This document shows positions 25,924-32,000 of a stretch of 32,000 bases of DNA, piece by piece. The notes beneath the pieces are model-generated. The model was not told the origin of the DNA. It worked only from the letters and a program-made list of their open reading frames with translations, and searched no databases. This stretch comes from Vibrio cholerae ATCC 14035 (GTDB taxonomy: Bacteria; Pseudomonadota; Gammaproteobacteria; Enterobacterales; Vibrionaceae). Where the stretch lies: contig NZ_JHXR01000023.1 in assembly GCF_000621645.1 (NCBI RefSeq), positions 1-32,000 of the forward strand. Reading direction: 5' to 3'. Each line of letters begins with the position of its first letter. The stretch's first letter is position 1. A program made the translations under genes and the position numbers.

Positions 25924-28680
25924 ATGAAAACGATCAAAAAAACGCTATTAGCTGCCGCCATAGCCAGTTTTTTCAGCAGTGGATTATACGCTCAAACACC
26001 CATTGATTTAGGCGTGGTGAATGAGGATAAATTAATTGAAATGTTAGTCCGCACCGGACAAATTCCTGCCGATGCCTCTGACGTTGATAAACGTATTGCG
26101 CTAGAACGTTATCTGGAGGAGAAAATTCGCTCCGGATTCAAAGGTGATGCGCAATTTGGTAAGAAAGCGCTCGAGCAGCGTGCGAAAATTCTTAAAGTGA
26201 TCGATAAGCAAAAAGGCCCGCACAAGGCGCGTGTTTTTGCTTTAGATGTTGGTCAAAAGCGCACGGACAAAGTGCTCGCGCTATTGATCGATTTCCCCGA
26301 TCTCCCTTGGGATGATAACCGCCTGACGAAAGAGCATACTGAGATGCTCTACGATCGTTATGAGCCTTCTCACTACCAAGATTTGCTGTTCTCGGACAAA
26401 GGCTATACCGGTCCAAACGGTGAAAACTTTATCTCAATGCGTCAATATTACGAGAGTGAATCTGGCAACAGCTACAGTGTCTCCGGCCAAGCAGCAGGAT
26501 GGTATCGTGCCTCAAAAAATGCGGCTTATTACGGTGGCAACTCTCCCGGTACCAACAATGATATGAATGCTCGGGAGCTGGTTCGCGAAGCACTGGATCA
26601 ACTTGCGCGCGATCCAAACATTAACCTTGCCGATTACGATATCGAAGATCGCTATGACTACAACGGTAACGGTAATTTCCGTGAGCCAGATGGCGTGATA
26701 GATCACTTGATGATTTTCCATGCCTCTGTGGGTGAAGAAGCGGGTGGCGGTGTGTTGGGCGCGGATGCGATTTGGTCACACCGTTTTAACCTCGGCCGTT
26801 ACCATGTTCTTGAAGGCACGAAAAGCAACGTTCCTGGACGCTTCAATGGCCAATTCGCTGCCTTTGATTACACCATTCAACCGATTGATGCGGCTGCCGG
26901 CGTGTGTGCCCACGAATATGGTCACGATTTAGGTCTGCCCGATGAATATGACACCCAGTACACAGGTACGGGAGAGCCCGTCTCTTATTGGTCAATCATG
27001 TCATCTGGCAGCTGGGCGGGCAAAATTGGCGGTACACAGCCCACGGCTTTCAGTTCATGGGCTAAGCAGTTCTTACAAAATTCGATTGGCGGACGCTGGA
27101 TTAACCATGAGCAGCTTTCGATTAATGAGTTAGAAGCCAAACCGCGCGTGGTTACGCTATTCCAAACCACAGATAACTCACGCCCGAACATGGTGAAAGT
27201 GACTCTGCCGATGAAACGGGTTGAAGGCATTAAGCCTGCAGAAGGTGAGTTCTCCTTCTACTCGAACCGTGGCGATGATCTGAAAAACCGAATGAGCCGT
27301 CCATTGACGATCCCAGCAGGCAGCCAAGCCACGTTGCGCTTTAAAGCGTGGTTCCAGATTGAAAAAGATTACGACTACGCGCGTGTGCTGATTAACGGCA
27401 AACCGATTGCCGGTAATATCACGACGATGGATGATCCGTTTAAATCAGGTTTAGTACCTGCCATCTCAGGCCAATCTGATGGCTGGGTAGATGCGCAATT
27501 TGATCTCTCTGCTTGGGCAGGCCAAACCGTTGAACTGGCATTTGATTACTTGACGGATGGCGGTCTGGCCATGGAAGGTCTGTATGTCGATGACTTACGT
27601 CTTGAGGTGGATGGCAATCAGACCTTGATCGATAACGCAGAAGGCACATCCAGCTTTGCGTTCCAAGGTTTCACCAAAAACGGTGGCTTCCACGAAGCCA
27701 ATCACTATTACTTGCTGCAATGGCGCAGCCATAATGACGTTGACCAAGGCTTAGCCAATTTGAAACGCTTCGGGCAACTGATGTCATTCGAGCCGGGCTT
27801 GCTGGTGTGGTATGTGGACGAATCTTACGCGGATAACTGGGTTGGCAAACATCCGGGTGAAGGCTGGCTAGGCGTGGTCGATGCCGACCAAAATGCCTTG
27901 GTCTGGTCAAAAACAGGGGAAGTGGCACAAACGCGTTTCCAAGTGCGTGATGCAACCTTCTCACTGTTTGATCAAGCGCCGCTCAAACTGGTCACGGCTG
28001 ATGGCAATACGCTGGAAGATATGAACTTAACCGCGAATGCCTCGTTCTCGGACGATCAAGATTACAGCTCGCCTCAAGCTCCAGATTCTGGCCGCAAAGT
28101 GATGCCATTTGGTTTGAAGATCGACCTGCTCTCACAAAGTAAAGAGAATGAGTACGGTGTTGTTCGCTTGTCGAAAGTCACCACGGAAAATATCGCGCCT
28201 GTGGCTCGCTTTGAACTGAAAGTCGAGGGGCTCTCTGTGATGTCACAAAACACCAGTAGTGATAGCGATGGCAATATCGTCAGTTATTTGTGGGATTTTG
28301 GTAACGGTCAAACCAGTACCGAAGCCGCTCCAACTTGGTCATATACCAAAGCAGGCAGTTACTCTGTCACTTTAACGGTGACGGATGACAAAGGCGATAG
28401 CGATACTCATCAGCAAACCATTAAAGTGGACACACCGAATGCGTTACCACAAGCCAGTGCCAACTATATCCATTTAGGTCGCTGGGTCACCATGTGGTCA
28501 ACCAGCACCGACAGTGATGGCCGCATTGTCGACACCGAATGGACACTGCCGAATGGTAAAATTAAGCGGGGTCGTATGTTTACTGCGATTTTCCCAAGCT
28601 ATGGGCACCATGATGTGCAGCTCAAAGTGATGGATGACCGCGGCGCAGTCACCACCATCACCATCAAAGTCAAACTGTAA
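25924..28680 (+). CDS. prtV: Secreted M6-family (immune inhibitor A-like) zinc metalloprotease with two C-terminal PKD domains
   Basis: 918 aa with signal peptide MKTIKKTLLAAAIASFFSSGLYA. The zinc site HEYGHDLGLPDEYD begins with HEYGH at 26911..26925. The PKD domains start at about 28189 (WDFGNGQTS motif) and about 28438. Confidence 0.95.
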   Translation: MKTIKKTLLAAAIASFFSSGLYAQTPIDLGVVNEDKLIEMLVRTGQIPADASDVDKRIALERYLEEKIRSGFKGDAQFGKKALEQRAKILKVIDKQKGPHKARVFALDVGQKRTDKVLALLIDFPDLPWDDNRLTKEHTEMLYDRYEPSHYQDLLFSDKGYTGPNGENFISMRQYYESESGNSYSVSGQAAGWYRASKNAAYYGGNSPGTNNDMNARELVREALDQLARDPNINLADYDIEDRYDYNGNGNFREPDGVIDHLMIFHASVGEEAGGGVLGADAIWSHRFNLGRYHVLEGTKSNVPGRFNGQFAAFDYTIQPIDAAAGVCAHEYGHDLGLPDEYDTQYTGTGEPVSYWSIMSSGSWAGKIGGTQPTAFSSWAKQFLQNSIGGRWINHEQLSINELEAKPRVVTLFQTTDNSRPNMVKVTLPMKRVEGIKPAEGEFSFYSNRGDDLKNRMSRPLTIPAGSQATLRFKAWFQIEKDYDYARVLINGKPIAGNITTMDDPFKSGLVPAISGQSDGWVDAQFDLSAWAGQTVELAFDYLTDGGLAMEGLYVDDLRLEVDGNQTLIDNAEGTSSFAFQGFTKNGGFHEANHYYLLQWRSHNDVDQGLANLKRFGQLMSFEPGLLVWYVDESYADNWVGKHPGEGWLGVVDADQNALVWSKTGEVAQTRFQVRDATFSLFDQAPLKLVTADGNTLEDMNLTANASFSDDQDYSSPQAPDSGRKVMPFGLKIDLLSQSKENEYGVVRLSKVTTENIAPVARFELKVEGLSVMSQNTSSDSDGNIVSYLWDFGNGQTSTEAAPTWSYTKAGSYSVTLTVTDDKGDSDTHQQTIKVDTPNALPQASANYIHLGRWVTMWSTSTDSDGRIVDTEWTLPNGKIKRGRMFTAIFPSYGHHDVQLKVMDDRGAVTTITIKVKL

Positions 28681-28705
28681 TTCTTCCTTCTCCTTCCATG
28701 GATTT

Positions 28706-28730
28706 GGGCACCTTCGGGTGCCCCTTTTTT
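28706..28730 (+). terminator. Rho-independent terminator after prtV
   Basis: GGGCACC-TTCG-GGTGCCC followed by CTTTTTT. It lies 26 nt after the stop codon. Confidence 0.85.
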
Positions 28731-28755
28731 AAGGCTCATGCCAATGCGAAAAGCC

Positions 28756-29610
28756 TTATTCTCCGTTATCTTTCAGCCGCTCTAACGCATCAATACGCCG
28801 CCACTGCTCAGGCGCAAAGTGCTGCTCTCGTAACTGCTGAATTTGGGTTTGCTGCTCACTGGCCGAGAGCTCGTTGCGAACTAATATAGCGGCCCGCGCT
28901 TGATAATAGTCCTGAAACTGCTGTTCAAACGTCGCACGGGAATCATCGAGCTCCGCTAAACGCTGCGCCCCTTGCTCACCCACCAAGGCAACGCGAGCCA
29001 AATAGCGTTGCTGCGTATCCCCCTGCCCCGCTTGAGTTAACTGCGGCAATAGCTGCGCTGTCGCCTCACTACGCTGAATAAAATCGGGCTGGTCGAGCAA
29101 CAGCGCTTGCCAAGCTCGCTGCGCCTCTTCACTTTGCCCATACTGCTCATAAATTCGGCGCTTTTCGATCGCCAATTCGCGCAGCCGATTCTCCTCTGCA
29201 AACAGCGCTTGCTGCTCAGCAGAAAAATAACGAGCTTGCAGATCTAACAAGCTCTGGTGCAATTGCCACCACTCTTGGGTCGAAAGCCCCCCGCTGGCTT
29301 GCGGCAGCGTCAGCTCAGATAACGCCGCTTTATACTGCACATATTGTGCAAACAGACTGCTATCAATGAGCAAGCCTTGGTTTTCCTGCTCATAACGCTG
29401 CACTTGCTGCTGAATCACGGGTAAAGACGTTTCACCCAAGCCTGAGAGAAAATATTCCAAGAGATCGCGCGGACTCGATTGATCTGCTTGTATGTCCGCC
29501 TGCGATGGCGTGGTCACTAAAGGCCGAGAGGGATACCAAGATGGCCAAACAATCGCACAGAGTGCCCCTATGGTCACCAAAATCCCCAAACTCCATGCGA
29601 TTTTTTTCAT
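28756..29610 (-). CDS. lipB: Lipase-specific foldase (Lif chaperone)
   Basis: 284 aa with an N-terminal membrane anchor (MKKIAWSLGILVTIGALCAIVW). The rest is a long Q/A/L/E-rich helical domain typical of Lif proteins. It starts 9 nt after the lipase stop, with SD GGAG. Confidence 0.85.
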   Translation of the reverse strand: MKKIAWSLGILVTIGALCAIVWPSWYPSRPLVTTPSQADIQADQSSPRDLLEYFLSGLGETSLPVIQQQVQRYEQENQGLLIDSSLFAQYVQYKAALSELTLPQASGGLSTQEWWQLHQSLLDLQARYFSAEQQALFAEENRLRELAIEKRRIYEQYGQSEEAQRAWQALLLDQPDFIQRSEATAQLLPQLTQAGQGDTQQRYLARVALVGEQGAQRLAELDDSRATFEQQFQDYYQARAAILVRNELSASEQQTQIQQLREQHFAPEQWRRIDALERLKDNGE

Positions 29611-29619
29611 GGCAAGCTC

Positions 29620-30705
<1,086 letters not shown>

Positions 30706-30814
30706 TCAAAAGGTCAAAATGTGAACAAAACATAAAATTAATAACATTTCATTAACACAAAATGTGTACAACCCCAACTTTGGTTGAGGCAACATAAAAA
30801 AGGCGAAGAGCGAT

Positions 30815-30838
30815 AAAAAAGCGGCCTAGAAAGGCCGC
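30815..30838 (-). terminator. Rho-independent terminator after hlyB
   Basis: The minus strand reads GCGGCC-TTTCTA-GGCCGC followed by TTTTTT. Confidence 0.85.
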
Positions 30839-30905
30839 TTAGTGAGAAATAGAATATCAACGTCATCAGCAAGCGACATGAATGCTTGCTTAGCGTAGTC
30901 ATTGG

Positions 30906-32000
30906 TTAAAGTTCAAAACTGCCCACCAGTTTATCCAGTTGCGAAGAGAGACGTTGCAAGCTTGCACTGGCTCGGCTTAACTCATCCGCAACATGCGAGG
31001 TTTCTGTCGTCAGTTGGTTGATGTCTTCAACGTTGCGATTAATGTCTTCCACCACGGTTGATTGTTCCTCTGTCGCGGTCGCAACTTGAATATTTTGATC
31101 ATTAATCTGATCAATTTGGCTGTTGATCTCTGTGAGAGATTGGTTCGCTTTAGCGGAAAACTCAACCACCACATCACTTTGCGAGCGACCTTTTTCCATT
31201 GCTTCTACTGCGCGAGTTGACTCCGTTTGAAGGCGATTAATGACTTGCTGGATCTCTTCCGTCGATGCCGCTGAACGACTTGCTAATGTGCGAACTTCAT
31301 CCGCCACCACCGCAAAACCACGACCTTGTTCACCCGCTCGCGCAGCTTCAATCGCAGCGTTGAGCGCCAATAGGTTCGTTTGCTCAGAAATACTGCGAAT
31401 GGTATCAAGTGTTGAGCTAATACCGTTAATTTGGGTCGCCAGTGATGAGACAACTTGAGTGGCATTATCGAGTTCATTGACCAGTGTTTGGATCCGATTT
31501 TGCACTTCGCCTACCACTTTTTTCCCTTCACCAGAATGCAGCGTCGCTTGCTTCGCGACATCGGCAGCCATGGCCGCATTGGAAGCGATTTCGGATACGG
31601 TGGCACCAAGCTCATGAATCGCCGTCGCAACTTGCACTGTTCTATCTCGCTGCGAAGCACAGTTAGATTGCGTCATGTGCGCGCGCTGCGACACACTAGA
31701 GGCCATCGTCGCCAGCTCTTTTGAGTTTTCTGCCACTTCTTCAATCGAGTGATGCACTTTATCAATGAACGCATTGAAGCTTTTACCGATGTCACACAGT
31801 TCATCGTTACCATCCAACTCCAATCGAGTACGCAGTGAAAGATTCGCCGCCGCAGAACTCATACGATCTTTCAGGTAAGCCACTCGGCTACGTAAGTTCG
31901 TTATGATAACCAGTGAAGTGATGAATGAAATGATCAAGCCTGCTGCAATGATCACCATTTGCTTGGTGCGTCCTGCTTCGAAGCTTTCCACACTGGCATG
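30906..32000 (-). CDS. hlyB: Methyl-accepting chemotaxis protein, 5' end outside the window
   Basis: The frame stays open to the window edge. A TM helix ([22 protein letters not shown]) and a HAMP domain are followed by the MCP signalling domain ([32 protein letters not shown]). The symbol is assigned from its position next to lipA-lipB-prtV. Confidence 0.8.
   Translation of the reverse strand, partial: HASVESFEAGRTKQMVIIAAGLIISFITSLVIITNLRSRVAYLKDRMSSAAANLSLRTRLELDGNDELCDIGKSFNAFIDKVHHSIEEVAENSKELATMASSVSQRAHMTQSNCASQRDRTVQVATAIHELGATVSEIASNAAMAADVAKQATLHSGEGKKVVGEVQNRIQTLVNELDNATQVVSSLATQINGISSTLDTIRSISEQTNLLALNAAIEAARAGEQGRGFAVVADEVRTLASRSAASTEEIQQVINRLQTESTRAVEAMEKGRSQSDVVVEFSAKANQSLTEINSQIDQINDQNIQVATATEEQSTVVEDINRNVEDINQLTTETSHVADELSRASASLQRLSSQLDKLVGSFEL

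Overview
The gene content identifies this window as a Vibrio cholerae-type small-chromosome segment. That call, and all protein calls, rest on my memory of the protein families and on alignments done by eye; no search was run.

I call 30 protein-coding genes, left to right:
- A Vat-like hexapeptide acetyltransferase, a secreted GH13 alpha-amylase and a cytochrome b561.
- A rearranged L-ascorbate (ula) utilisation cluster: ulaG and ulaR diverge from a fused ulaA-ulaB, followed by ulaC, ulaF, a Cof-type phosphatase, ulaD and ulaE.
- A small hypothetical gene, then an uncharacterised histidine kinase/OmpR-type response regulator pair that diverges from a secreted NTF2-like protein.
- A gene without an ATG start (possible remnant) and a stand-alone acetate kinase.
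- The Fur-controlled catechol-siderophore block: a DUF2218 gene, vctA, an AraC-type regulator and vctPDGC.
- An orphan EgtC-like class II amidotransferase bracketed by ERIC-type repeats.
- The secreted-hydrolase block: a small ORF, prtV, lipB, lipA, and a 5'-truncated hlyB chemoreceptor gene.

I saw no rRNA, tRNA, CRISPR array, integron repeats, transposase, integrase or recognisable defence system.

The observations that annotation does not explain are:
1. A secreted mini-protein just upstream of prtV that mimics the PrtV N-terminal pro-region.
2. Three helically phased direct repeats between the two-component genes and the divergent secreted-protein gene.
3. A dense, phased TGATT/AATCA array in the ulaR-ulaA control region.
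4. An ERIC element carrying a nested, highly structured 69-bp insert, plus a mini-ERIC on the other side of the amidotransferase gene.
5. Two ula-operon stem-loops that share identical arm sequences.

None of these amounts to a demonstrated new system. They are leads.
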